A stretch of DNA of 64,000 nt from Felis catus (GCF_018350175.1 NC_058368.1:18230001-18294000), one strand, 5' to 3'. Counted from the first letter of the stretch, positions 1-12,429 are shown. Notes: generated from the letters alone by a model not told the origin. Numbers and translations are program-made.

Positions 1-1019
1 ATTTCCACCCAATAGCAAAGGGGACTGGATGTGGGATAGCAAATCCCTCTCCCACTAAGAAATGTGTCCCATAGATTTCTCAAAGCTACCTCACACTCAA
101 GACACTGAAACCAGAACCCCATCTGTTACCCGGGTAACTTATGCCTAAAACATCTGCTACAGGTATTCCGGTTACGGATTCTTGCTTCACAAGTCTTCAC
201 CGTTTCAGTCAGTAATTACGTTGGTCAGATTGTTAACTTTTTGATCACTTCTTTCTTTTCCTTTCCAGTCCTAGCCCATAGGTTTTGTTAAGAACTGATT
301 TACGGAAGGAGCGATTTAGGGACTAAATGCAACACAAAGCAAATCGCCAGGCATCATTCTGTCGGTCTAACACAAAGTCGTCTTGACTTGACTCCTTGCT
401 CTTAGGTGTGATTTTCAGGATCGTTTCTCCCCTGCAATTTTCAATGAGCTTCATTTCCCAAGAAATGCTTTTTCAACCCTCTGAATGCTAATGACAGAGA
501 ACAGAACCTGGTGATTAAGGGCTACCTTCTATGAGAAAAGGACAGCATACTGAGGCAATCCTTTCTCTGGTCTTTTATTCTTGCACTCTCAACACATAAT
601 AATCATCATCTTTGGGAGGCGTATTTAACTCAAATATTTAAACATTTGCATATGTCGATGAAAGAAACATCCGACAAATTAGGTGTGATTTGTACCTGTG
701 GAAGCCTACAGATGAAGACGAGGCGAAGGTGTGTCTTCACTGAAAACAGACATTTTGCCTTTGCTTTTGATTGTGAAACTCGGCACATCCCTTGGACCCA
801 CAACACAATAAAGGAGATAATGTGATGTGATTTGAACGTCTATCAATAGCCACAGGGGATAATAAATACCTTTGCTGCCCCTAAGCCCATGTGTTAAGTG
901 AATTTTCAGTGTCTAGCAGTTGTCATGGATGCACTTTACGGTTTTCAAGCCTGGGATCTGATTATATACTCAGTGGACTCTTAACCGCATTACGTATTTG
1001 AAAAAGCAAACCACCCGCC

Positions 1020-1297
1020 ATATTTAAAATTAGCACCTGCCCCTACCACCTTGGCATTCCTAATCCCCTTCCCTAGCTCTGCTTACCCCCCGACTCCCTG
1101 TAGCAACTAATCACCTTCTAAAATACTATATGATTTAATTTCATGTGTTTATCATCTATTTTCTATCCCTTCCTGCTAAAGAGTAAGCTCTGGGAGGACA
1201 GGGGGCTTCATCTGTTTCATTTCCTGATGTCCTAAGAGCCTCAAAGGGTGCCTGGCGCTTTCTAGGCATGGAAGTAACATCTGCTGAATGAATGAAC
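1020..1297 (+). mobile_element. LINE-2 3' end fragment (ancient)
   Basis: L2-like 3' terminus: gagtaagctctgggaggacaggggg...gtgcctggc...ctgctgaatgaatgaa. Boundaries approximate. Confidence 0.7.
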
Positions 1298-1542
1298 AAG
1301 CAGCGGCCGGACAGGGCGGAGGCCAGCTGTAGTGCCTGAGACGCTTGCCTCTGCTGTGCCCCTGTTTGCACTCAATTCCCAGTCCGTGGTTCCTTCCCTG
1401 TAAAAATCCACTCTTCCCAAGGGTCTTAAAACTCACTCAGCAAAAGCCTTCAGTGACTTCTCAGTTTAATGCACTCCTATTTCCTGGAGTTATTACATTT
1501 CAGCAAGGATCACAGTGTCAAGCTAATAGAATTTTGTGAGAC

Positions 1543-2345
1543 TTTTTTTTTTTTTTTAGAGCATTTTTAGGTTCACAAAAACTGAGGGGAAGGTACAGAA
1601 ATTTCCCACATGGCTCCTGTCGCTGTGGATGCGCAGACTTCCTTACTATCAGCACCCCTCACCAGAGAACACACTTGTCACAATTGTTGAACCTACACTG
1701 ACAAATACAACGTCCCAAATCCATAGCTTATTGTAGAGCTCACTCTTGGTGGTGCACACGCTGTGGGTTTGGACAAATGTTTGAAGACCTGTAGCTGTCA
1801 TAATACCAGGCAGAACAGTGTCCTGACCCTAAAACTTCTTTGTGCTTTGGCTGTTCTCTGCCAACCTCCACAATCCCTGAAAACGCCTCAGCTTTTTACC
1901 GACTCCATAGTTTTGCCTTTTCCAGAATGTCCTATAGCCGGAATCATACAGTATGTAGCCTTTTCAGATTGACTTCTTTTACTTCATTTAAGGTTTTTCC
2001 ATGTCTCTCAAGGATTGATAGCTTTCTCGTGTCAAGTAATATTCCATTATGTGGACGTACCACAGTTTATTTATCCGTTCGCCGCCCGAAGGGTATCTTG
2101 ACTGCGTCCAAGTTATGGCAATTACAAAGGAAGCTGCCGTGAACATCTGTCGCCGGCTTTAGGGTAAACATAAATTTTCACCTTCTTTGGGTTAATCTCC
2201 AGGAACACGATTGCTGGATCATATGGTAAGAGTACATATAGCTTTGTAGGAAACCACCAAAATGTCTTCCAACGTGGCTGTACCATTTTGCATTTCCACC
2301 AGCAATGGATTCCTGTCTTTCCACATCTTTGCCAACGTTTGGTGT
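1543..2345 (-). mobile_element. L1 3' end, L1MC-like (ancient eutherian)
   Basis: Poly-T followed by 'agagcatttttaggttcacaaaaactgag...gtacagaaatttccca', then typical antisense L1 3'UTR/ORF2-end text (gattgctggatcatatggtaag, gtggctgtaccattttgcatttcccaccagcaatg). Confidence 0.85.
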
Positions 2346-3139
2346 TGTGTGAATACAGCTTGTATTGCTAAATTTCCACCACACTTTTATCTCTGTGTGC
2401 GGCTCGTATGCTCTAGGAGGGGGTAACTTTGGCGTGAAGAGAAATAGACTCAATTCCTCTGATTATTACGTAGGATCGCTAATTTATACCTTTGCTGTGG
2501 ACAGATGTCTGTCCAAAGGGAGTTGTGTCATCTTTTTTCAAGATTTTACTGAAAACTATGGGTTATGTAGAAAACAAGGTAAGTTGCTTGGTATGTTTAT
2601 CAACTGACTCTAGACGACCTGGACTCACTGTCTTATGTGCATTGTTTTTCTTTCACATTCTTTCCTTTTAAAACCTATAATCCTCACCACCAGTACCGTC
2701 TTCCTCATTATCTCGTGAAGTTTAATATCGCATTATTTTAAATTTCCTAACCAAATACAGTAAAACCATACTTATCTAAAGGCTGTAACAGGAAACCACA
2801 GCACTTTGGAACGGAGTCAATAAGTGATCTCTGGTTGTTTTGAATCACCTAATTAATAGTATCTTTTCAAGATCTCTTTTCTTTTCTTCTTGCCAATTTT
2901 CACTATTCTGCTGGCTTTTGGACTCCAGTGGAGCAATATTGCTCCACTTTGCTTTGGAGCAATCTGGTCTCTTGCAGCCATTTCGCCTCGGGTGTTGAAG
3001 GAAAGAAGAGTGTAGTCCCGGATTTAGGAAGGATGTGGCTGGGGCTGGGGCTGGAACTGGGGAGGAAAGCAAGGCCTGGGGGCACCAAGACACGGCTGTG
3101 CTTTTGTTTTCTAGGCTAATCCCATTATTAAATTAAAAA

Positions 3140-3500
3140 AGGAAAGATCTGTAGTCATCTGAGATGTCTTTATTTCACCTTTACCCTTGATTTACTGTTT
3201 GGCTGGGTATTAGAATTTCAATTAAAAAATTTTTTTTCTTTGGATTTTGAAGGCTTTGGCTTTTATATCCCTTAGTTGAATTTTTTTTCTTTAATCCCTA
3301 GAAGCTTTTAGGTTGTTTTTTTTTTCCTTTACCTTTAGAGGTCTGAAACTTCTAATTGACGAATCTTTATGTAGGTCTCTTTTCGAAACAGAGGGTTTTT
3401 GGCTACGCGTTTGAAGAGCCCTTTCAGACTGCAGACCTGAATTCTTCAGTTTGAGAAATTTTCTCATGTAATTTTTTCTTATATAATCTTCCATGAAATC
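3140..3500 (-). mobile_element. Decayed L1/HAL1 ORF1 fossil
   Basis: The minus-strand translation (...KFLKLKNSGLQSERA...KVKEKKNNLKASR, then AFKI / PAKQ / GEIKTS fragments) resembles the C-terminal half of L1 ORF1p, with frameshifts and stops. Confidence 0.55.
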
Positions 3501-3700
3501 TGCCGTAAGGTGACTGAGCGGGGGTTAAGCCTCCGAGCTGAGGAAACCTTAAATGTCAGCGTGTTGTAAAGGTTCTTGTTTCTCAGCCATTCGGCTTCTC
3601 CAGAGACGGTAACAACTTTTTATTTAGTTCATTGGAACTAAATCATTTGGAAACTGATTTTGTTTCAAGTTATATCTTATCTCAATTTCAGGTGAAAACG

Positions 3701-3702
<2 letters not shown>

Positions 3703-3737
<35 letters not shown>
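3703..3737. repeat. Poly-T run (T35)
   Basis: Read directly from the sequence. Confidence 0.95.
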
Positions 3738-3844
3738 TGATATGTGGCTGGAAAATTCTTCCATTGGTTAAGAGCATTATTTCCCACCAGCTTGCTCTCT
3801 GTCCAGTGCTCTCTAGCTCACTGGTGGCACTACCAACGTCTCAG

Positions 3845-4300
3845 GTAATTCGTTTTCCAGGCTGCCTTAATGAAGTACTATACACTGAGTGGCTTAAGCT
3901 ATAGAAATTTGTCTCACACTCCTGGAGACCAGAAGTCTGAGATCAAGGTGTCAGAAGGGTTTCTTCCTTGTGGGAACTTTGAGGGAGAATCTGTTCCATC
4001 CTTTCTCCTAGCCTCTGTTGTTTTGCTGTTAACCTTCACCATCCCTTGGTGGGGGGGGGGGAGCACCACCCCGATCTTCGCCTTCGTCTTCCCGTGGTGT
4101 TCTTGTGGAGATGTCTGTCTCCAAATTTCCCCTTCTTATAAGGATACCAATCATATTGGATTAGAGTTCACCCCCATGAATTCATTTTACCTTGATAACT
4201 TCTGGAAAGACCCTCTCTCTAAATAAGATCACAGCCCTGAGGTGCTAGAGGTTAGGACGTCAACGTATGAATTTCGGGGTACGCAATTCAATCCATGACA
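3845..4300 (-). mobile_element. MaLR solo LTR (MLT1B-like)
   Basis: MLT1 motifs (agaagtctgagatcaaggtgtcag, ccttcttataaggataccaatcatattggattag, caattcaatccatgaca). Flanked by a 5-bp TSD ctcag at 3840-3844 and 4301-4305. Confidence 0.85.
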
Positions 4301-4850
4301 CTCAGGAACCTTGATGTCATTCCTGACACCTCACTCTCCCTCTCCTCTCCATGTGCAAACTGTCAGAATGTTCTTCTAATTCTACCTTAAATACATGTGC
4401 TGTCTAACTATTTCTTTGTTGTCTTTACCTCAACATTATCTTTCTTTCTCTGGCCCATGGTAGTAACATCCTCACTGGTGGCCCGTTCCTATTCCAGTCT
4501 CTCCTAATTCATTTTCCAAACACCAGCCAGAGATCTTCCCAAAGTGCACATTTGATTATATGTCTCCTCTTCATACAACATTCAATGGCTTCCCATTGCC
4601 TAAAGACAAACTTAAAACTCCTTCATGTGGCTTACACATGACGGGGCTCCAGCCTTGTCTCCCCTATTTTATTTTCCCAGTGCTCTGAGTGGGGGCCCAA
4701 GGGGAGCTTCCTTCGGTTCCTTGATTGCACCACACTCTTGCCTCTAGGCTTTGAACATGCCGTTCTCCGCCTGGAATACTCTCCAACCTCAACTCCCCAG
4801 ACATTGACTCATCTTCTGGTCCTCAACTTTAATGTCGACTAGATTCAGGA
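4301..4850 (+). mobile_element. LINE-2 fragment
   Basis: L2 motifs (aaccttgatgtcattcctgacacctc, ttcaatggcttcccattgcc, gccgttctccgcctggaatactct). Confidence 0.7.
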
Positions 4851-4862
4851 AGTCTAGCCCTC

Positions 4863-4957
4863 TGTAGAAGGCTGAATGTGGCCCTCAAGAAGACAGGTCC
4901 ATGGAACCTGTGACAATTACCTGATTTGGAAGGAAGATCTTTGTAGATGTAATTCAA
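4863..4957 (+). mobile_element. MaLR LTR 5' fragment (MLT1-like)
   Basis: tg start, ggctgaatgtggccc...ggaacctgtga...tttgtagatgtaatt, typical of MLT1 5' ends. Confidence 0.55.
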
Positions 4958-5009
4958 TATCCCCAGTGCCAGTGGCGTATTGTAAGTACCACTATTTAAT
5001 ATAAACAAT

Positions 5010-5079
5010 ACTCTATTGTATACCTGAAGCTAACAGACAACACTGTATGTTAACTGCACTGGAATTAAACTAAAATAAA
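5010..5079 (+). mobile_element. Very short carnivore L1 3' terminus
   Basis: tgtatacctgaagctaac...acactgtatgttaactgcactggaattaaa plus A-rich tail. Confidence 0.6.
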
Positions 5080-5939
5080 GCCAATACTGCTAATAATAAC
5101 TTTTCCTCAATGAAGAGTCAATCAACCAGTGTTTCAATCTAGGCACTATCCAAATGGTATAGATTTGAGAAACATTGGAGGTCTGGCCCCTATGAACACC
5201 ATAGTTCTGACCTTCTCAGTATTTTAAGAAACTTGCAGTATTTCTAGTAGACAAAATGCTTACATCCGGCAAGCCACTTTGAAAGCCCAAAGAATACCAC
5301 TCCCTAAAATGAAAATAAATAAAATGTAATCTGATTTTACAAGTAGGTTAAGGGATCCTTTCATCAAGACATTTGTCAACATTTGTTTTTTATGGAATGC
5401 CACCTTAGTTACTTTAAAGCTGTTTTTAAAGGAGTAACATGATCCTTAACCTAGAAAATTCTATAGTCTAATGAGAGAAAAGGAGAATTACAGTTTTTTT
5501 CTTGTAAGCAGATATCAAAAATATAGGAGCAGATGTGTGTTCTTAAGGACTAAAAGAAAACTAACAAAGACAGGAAGAGATAATAATAAGCAAATTCACA
5601 AGTTCCATATCTGTTTACCTCCCATTTTCAGTGCTAACCGCAGTGACTCTTGGGAGTCATTCCTCGTATGCCAATAGCTTTTCCTTTCAGAAACTGCTCC
5701 TTCCCAGAGTCCTGCTGAGCAATAAATCCCATGACCACACCTCTTCTCCCATGGTAGAGGCTGACTGGAGTACCCCACCCCCCCGCCCCCCGCCGCTGCC
5801 TCCTAGATACAGCCATTGCTTCAATGGTGAGCACACATCTCAAGTAAAGGCAGTCTGATTTATTTTCATGGATTGCTGTGGATTTCAGAGAGAGGGGGGT
5901 GATTTTGTTACTTCCTTTTTCTTCTGGGGTTACTGGTTC

Positions 5940-6390
5940 TAAAGATAATACACCCTATGTTTCTAACGGCCATCTTGGCCAGAGTGTGGTGACAGCCTGC
6001 CTGAGAAGGAAGCCAACACAGCAGAAAGTAAAGCGAAGGCAAGAAGCAAAAGGGAGACACAGAATCTTGCTGGAGCTGTTTAAGCCCCTGGATTCTGGAG
6101 TGCTTGTGACTCAGCCTGCCCTTGGACTACCCCTATCTTTAGATTGTACTAAAACTAGGCTGGGATCTATGTGATGCCATAGAGTATGCGTGGATGGGAA
6201 TGTGACAGAAATGGCTAGATGTTCCTAAAAAATGAATGCTCTGACTTCTTCCATGGGGTGAAATTGTCACTGAGCAGTAACTGTCCATCAAGGAGCACAT
6301 TTATTTCCCAGGCCCTGGCATCTAGATGGGGACATGTGACTTGCGTTTGCAAGTGGGATGATGGTGGGAATGAAGTGTGTCCCTTCATGT
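5940..6390 (+). mobile_element. Old MaLR LTR fragments (MLT1J/K-like)
   Basis: ggccatcttgg...agcctgcctgagaaggaagccaacacag...aagcccctggat, and ttcccaggccctggcatctagatggggacatgtgact. Degraded. Confidence 0.45.
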
Positions 6391-6706
6391 GTTTATTTTC
6401 TATAAATAGACTTGACTTTTTGTAGACCTTTTGAGGTTCCATATGAATCATCCTGTTAATATTGATGGCAATTTGCGCCCAGGTTTATCGAGATGTCATT
6501 GACATGTGACATCCTACAAGTTTAATGAAGTATGCCCCTTTGGAGTCGAGGCAGTTAAGAACGGGAGGCTCCTTCTCCACCCTCTCCTGCCCTCTTTTGT
6601 TGGCTAGACCCCAACGGGCATTTTTATTTAAAATCAATAGAAAAGGGAGTAGATTGCTGATCATCAGTCTTAAATGCAAATGAATTTAAGACTGAACTAG
6701 TACGAT

Positions 6707-6844
6707 GGGGCACCTGAGTGGCTCAGTCAAACATCTGACTCTTGATCTCGGCTCAGGTCCTGGTCTCAGGTTTTGTGAGATCAAGCACCTGAGAACGAGT
6801 TCCACGACGGGCTCTGGGCTGACAGCATGGACCCTGCTTGGAAT

Positions 6845-6892
<48 letters not shown>

Positions 6893-6981
6893 CCTCTCTG
6901 CCATGCACACACACACACACACACTGTCTCTCTCAAAATAAATAAATATTTTAAAAAGCCAAAACCAACCAACCAAACAAA
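6707..6981 (+). mobile_element. Carnivore SINE (older subfamily) with expanded (TC)n/(CA)n
   Basis: ggggcacctgagtggctcagtc head, (TC)n, aaataaata tail. Degenerate TSD aagactgaactagtacga / aagacaaaactagtatga. Confidence 0.95.
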
Positions 6982-7496
6982 AAGACAAAACTAGTATGAA
7001 AGAAGGAGTTTTTAAATCTCAGCGCTGAAATGCTTATGCCCTTTTTGAATGAAAAGAAATAATCAAATCTGCTTAACGGCGATGGCAGTGAAATGGCACA
7101 TCAAGCCATGTCCCCGTTACCTGAGTGCCAAGCATGAAAACTTTACTTTCCAGGTGTAGGTGTTCTCTTGCTCCCAAGTAAAGCATTCGGTTTGGTCCCT
7201 TTAAGCCTGAGTGTCATCACACAGAGACTCTCAAAGTTTCCTTCCAGCCCTGCAGCCCTGACTCCATCATCTGGTTGCCTTGTTGGAACTCTGAGAACCA
7301 GGAGCCTGTCACTTACCATGAGACATTCCGTCACGGCTGCATTGGAGCCGAAGAGCGCAATGGACAGGCTTCTGCAGATTGTAGGCTTTTCTGTCTGAGC
7401 GTGGTTTAAAAAACATAGTCACGTCATGTTGTCCACAAAGCCACCTCTGTGCAGCCCATGCTGTACAATCGTTTTTATTCTTTAAAATGCACGTGA

Positions 7497-7710
7497 GGGG
7501 CGCCTGGGTGGCTCAGTCAGTTAAGTGTCTGACTTTCTCTCGGGTCATGATCTCACAGTTGGTGGGTTCGAGCCCCGCGTGGGGCTCTGTGCTGACAGCT
7601 CAGAGCCTGGAGCCTGCTTCAGATTCTGCGGCTCCCTCTCTCTCGGCCTTCCCCCATTCACTCTCTCTCTCTCTTTCAAAAATAAAGGTTAAAAAAAATT
7701 TTAAAAAAAA
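7497..7710 (+). mobile_element. Felid SINE
   Basis: ggggcgcctgggtggctcagtcagttaag head, gctgacagctcagagcctggagcctgcttc body, A-rich tail. Confidence 0.95.
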
Positions 7711-8248
7711 TAAAGTCTATGTGAATTTGATGTTTAAACTCCAATGGGCCATGGGATCTATTACTGTATCCAGGAGGCTCAGGGAATATTTAAACTTTCG
7801 AGGAAGAATTAATAGCCACAAAAAGAGAAACAAACGTTCCAATTGTTTTAAGATAACAATCGTCCTATTGTTTTGATTTGGAAATCTTAGGTTTGAGAAG
7901 ACTTTACAGAGCCTATATAGAATTTGGGGACGAGTCCACACGTTGCCACAGGCTCACTTGCTCTGTAGACGCCGGAGCCGTGGAACATTTGTTAAGCTTT
8001 ATGAATGAGGCAGCAAATTACAGGTCCCCTGGAGCCAGGAGAACTTTTCTCTTTTATATTGTCCATGTGATTGCCTATTCCAGAAGCATCCCTGGAGGTC
8101 ATGAACGTCGTATGCCTGAGAAATATTCTTTCTTCTCCACTGAGTCAGTTGTCTGTAATTGGGTTATTATTAAAAGATAGGCAGACAGTTGAAGCACCAT
8201 TGGTTGAGGCTATATTCTTCCCCTTGTTCTTTGGGTCAGTGCCCATCT

Positions 8249-8964
8249 CTTTATTTTATTTTATTTTTATTTTGTAATGTTTATTTATTTTCTTTTTTTG
8301 AGAGAGAGAGAGAGACAGTGTGTGTGTGAGCAAGGGAGGGGCAGAGAGAGAGGGAGAGACAGAATCCGAAGCAGGCTCCAGGCTCCGAGCTGTCAGCACA
8401 GAGCCCGACACAGGGCTCGAACTCATGAAGTGCAAGATCATGATCTGGGCTGACGCTTAACTGACTGAGCCACCCAGGTGCCTCTATTTTTGTATTTTCT
8501 AAATTTACATCCAAGTTAGTTAGCATATAGTGCAATAATGATTTCAGGAGTAGAATCCAGTGATTCATCCCCTACGTGTAACACCCAGTGCTCATCCCAA
8601 CAAGTGTCCTCCTTAATGTCCCTTGCCCACGTAGCACATTCCTCTACCCACAAACCCCTCCAGCAACCTTTGTTTTTTTATTCTGCATAAGAGTCTCATG
8701 TTTTGTCCCCCTCCCTGTTTTTATATTTATTTTTGCTTCTGTTCCCTTCTGTTCATTTGTTTTGTATCTTAAACTCCACGTATGAGTGAAGTCATATGAT
8801 ATTTGTCTTTCTCTGACTGACTAATTTCACTTAGCATAACACACTCTAGTTCCATCCACGTTGTTGCAAATGGCAAGATTTCATTCTTTTTGACGGCCGA
8901 GTAATACTCCATTGTATATATACACCACATCTTCTTTATCCATTCAACCGTTGATGGACATTTG
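8249..8964 (-). mobile_element. 5'-truncated felid/carnivore L1 (ORF2 C-terminus plus 3'UTR) with a SINE in its tail
   Basis: The end of ORF 8769..9347 (KCPSTVEWIKKMWCIYTMEYYSAVKKNEILPFATTWMELE...) is the L1 ORF2p C-terminus. TSD agtgcccatct at 8238-8248 and 8965-8975. Confidence 0.92.
8262..8484 (-). mobile_element. Felid SINE nested in the L1 poly(A) tail
   Basis: Antisense SINE ending tgagccacccaggtgcctc, lying inside the L1 TSD pair. Confidence 0.93.
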
Positions 8965-9379
8965 AGTGCCCATCTACTTTTATCTATCCTGTCATTACAG
9001 ACCAGCCCTAAACTAGTTTGGATTAGCATTGGAATGAGGAAGGAGTGGTAGATGGGATTAGTTTGGGGAACAACAGATTGAAAAGAAAGAGGTGTCCTGA
9101 AGAAGAACATGGGAACCAGAGAGATGACTGGAAGGGCAAGTGATGAGTGGGAGTGGAGAGGGAAGAGTAATCGAAAGGCCACCCAGCTGGGATAATTGCA
9201 CCGTATCATAGGAAGGTATAGATTGGCTCTAAGGAGTTCCAGGGCTGTCTGATGAAAAAAAATATATATGGCAAAACACATTTGGATCACCCATCCATTC
9301 ATTAATACATATAATAACCATTCACTGAGTTGCCTACTATATGCCAAACTTTAGATCAGTAACCACACTTAGGAAAGAA

Positions 9380-9580
9380 GGACAGCACTATTTTACATCA
9401 GTATTTGCAAGTGTTTCGTGATAATTTTTGTGACGGCTAAAGCCGATGTGTATATTTTGCCGGTAAGGAAACGTGAACAGCTAAGAGGTTAAATGACTTG
9501 CATAAGGTCACAAAACAAACGACAGGTTGCACAGTGATTAGAAGTCAGAGACTTTAAATTTCAAACGTATGGCCTCTGGC
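9380..9580 (-). mobile_element. MIR fragment
   Basis: MIR core-like agaggttaaatgacttgcataaggtcaca. Confidence 0.55.
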
Positions 9581-10729
9581 TACATAATAACTAAGGTTTA
9601 ATTTATCTAATAGGATTTTTAAAAATAACTTTCTTTTAAGGCCAGGTTTATAAGCAAGAATAAAGCTCTTTTCCAGGACCATTCCCTTGGGGTGTGAAGT
9701 CAGAAACATTTAATGCTAATTACTCATTTGATCATTTTTTAAAAACTTATTATCCGATGATGTCCTTGGCATAGAAAAGGCAATTTGCTCTTTTTAATAT
9801 GCTCTTCGAAATCAGCGCAAGAACAATGACACTGTAGTATCCTGGCTCCCTTTATAAACATCAGCCTTTTGCGCCTGTCATCTTGTCCTCTAAACTAAAA
9901 GTGCCTATAAAATTGGACCCAAGAGCATCACCAGAGAATGAAGCTACAGGAATCCAAACTAAGATGAGAATAAAGAGAATCATAAATCAAGGGATGATAA
10001 CTTTAAGGGAAACCAAATAATTTGAACTTCAAAAGTGTATAAATGCTCCAGTCAGATTATGTTGCACACACAGCTAAACCAACGGACGTATAAACAATGA
10101 GAAAAGATTGGGCAAAACGGTCGTTACCCATTGTTTAAGATCTCCATCAATTCCAGTCTGATTTTGGTCATTGGATGGAGAATTAGAATCCTCTCGGCCT
10201 TGATGAACGTAATCTTGCATGTGTTAAGTTTCAAGGATAATAGCCATCCAGTGTTGTTCAATGAATAGTGATGCAAGCTGGTCTCTCTTGGTTGTGGCTC
10301 AGTGTAGCAATAGCACTTACCTTGATTTATACGCCCTCTGAGAGGGACACAGCCTGACATCCTGTTTGTTGTCATAGCTATAAATTGTAAAATTAAGTGA
10401 CAGCCATACTCTTCTATTTAAAGGACATCCTCCTTTTTTTTTCTCTCTTTGCAACTCTTCTCTGCCCATTATTGTGACTTTACAATCTTTGAAGCAAATA
10501 ATTTGAGGCATGAAGATTTTCCTCAGTAAGTGCATCAAGCCTCAGGACTGACCAATAGCTGTTGGGCGAAAACCTTGGGGCTTCATGTCAAATGCCACGC
10601 TGCCTCCTGGCCCAAAACGTTCCCATGAGCAGAAGCCTTCAGAAATTTCTTCAAGTCAGATACCAGTTTGAAAATTACCATAAAGTTGCCTATTCTTTAT
10701 TTTGGAAATACAGACTTCACATTCAATAC

Positions 10730-10862
10730 TTAAGGGGCCATGAATGAATGGTTTGTAGGGAGTCCATAAGTCCGTGAAATTTTAAGCATAACTTCTTCTC
10801 TGCATTTTTCTGAGACAAAGGTCCATTGCTTTTAATAAATTCTTTAAAGAAGTCTGGGACCT
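10730..10862. mobile_element. hAT-Charlie MITE fragment (MER103-like)
   Basis: gagtccataagtccgtgaaatttt...tgcatttttctgagacaaaggtccattgctttt...attctttaaagaagtctgggacc resembles the MER103 consensus as I recall it. Confidence 0.5.
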
Positions 10863-12207
10863 CACTGTGCTATAGCTTGCCTGCCTAATTGTGCATTTTG
10901 GATCCTTTGTAGCCAAGCCTGATACATCATATGTTATTTGCAAGGGGACTGAAGTGAGGCCAGCCCAGACTCCATGTTTCCTTGTATCAGGTCATTGTTA
11001 GATAAATGTAACCAATATAAAAATTTTTCATGCTGATGGGAAGGAGAAGTGTAAGTAATACAAAGAAAGATGACTAACATGCTGAGACTGTCTTTAGAAT
11101 CGCGTCAAAAATTCTATAAGACAAACAGTCATAAACTCATATTATTTCCTAATGCATTTAGCACAATTCCATCTTGTCTCGAGCATATCTTTGCAAGTCC
11201 GTCTTGTCAGTGGAAGGAGTAGGCCTTGTGTGTTTACGAATAATTCACATAACAGATGATGTTCTCATGGTTAATTGGAAGTTACTCAACTCTTTTCTCT
11301 TGTGCAATGAATATCTCAGTCATGTCTCCGTGATGGGAATCAATGGGTTCTGCTGTGGGAAAATAATCCTGGCATGCATCGGGAAGGATCGGAAAGAACA
11401 CTTAGTGAGGTGGCCTTTCTGCCCATCAGGGTGCTGGGAAAAGGTATATGTTTGTCCCCGACCACTCCTCTGTGGCGATTAAATGTCAGCTTTTCCACTT
11501 AAGCCCATCTTCTGCTGGAGTCCAAGAAAGAAGGCGATGGGAAAAATACTCTTCTTACAGCCTGAGACCAAATAATTCAGCCTTTTTAAAATAATGACTT
11601 ATTTAAACTTTTCCTTGAACAATTCAGGACTCCTTAAATAATAATGGATTCCTGTATTTGCCTTCTTGTTTCCATTTTCATTCGATTTCCAGCCGCTCCC
11701 TTCCTGGGATGTAATCCCAATACTCATTCTTGTCATCTCAGTAAATGCGTGATGGGGGCAGACTGTGAGATGGGGCTAAAACCGAAAAAGAGGGGGGAAC
11801 TGGTGCTTTCTGAAGGGTGTCAGCCTGTGCCCAGACAGGGGAGGAAAGCATGTGGGCCTTGGAAGTTCGTTTTGGCCTTTTTAATGTGTTTACTCCGCAT
11901 GGACTCTTGAAAAACGAACGTCAACTGGATGGAAACTAAGAGAAAGGGGACTTCCCCACGGGCCAGAATCGTTCTAGGGTTTGTTGCCAGGTGCGAGGGA
12001 GCAGCAGACAAGCAGCTCTGAATGGGAGGGGAGCCAGTGAGCGAGGAGATGGTGGGGCCAGCCGGGTAGGGAGCAGGAAGCCAGGGTGAGCTGGGCAGGC
12101 ACAGGTCGATGTGTTGTTACCGCCTTTCCTGAGGCTTCAGACGTAGGCACTCGCCAGATGGTGTGTACCCTTTCTCTTTTCCCATCCAATTAAAACTAGC
12201 GCACATC

Positions 12208-12412
12208 GGGGCACCTGGGTAGCTCAGTCGGTCAGGCGTCCGACTCTTCATTTCAGCTCAGGTCATGATCTCACGGGTCATGAGTTGCAGCCCTGCGTGG
12301 GGCTCCAGGCTGCCGGTGCGGAACCTGCTTGGGATTCTTGCTCCTCTACTTCTGCGCCACCCCCCCCACCTCCACTTGAGCATTCTCTCTAAATAAATAA
12401 ATAAACTTAGAA
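12208..12412 (+). mobile_element. Carnivore SINE (older subfamily)
   Basis: ggggcacctgggtagctcagtcgg head, cctgcttgggattct body, aaataaataaataaa tail. Degenerate TSD taaaactagcgcacat / taaaataacacacat. Confidence 0.93.
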
Positions 12413-12429
12413 TAAAATAACACACATTA

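Noticed and set aside
7497..7580. tRNA-like A/B box sequence
   Set aside because: This is the tRNA-derived head of a SINE, with no complete cloverleaf. The same applies to all SINE heads here.
8769..9347. 192-aa ORF with a protein-like C-terminus
   Set aside because: The C-terminus is L1 ORF2p from a truncated insertion fused by chance to flanking DNA. It is not a host gene.
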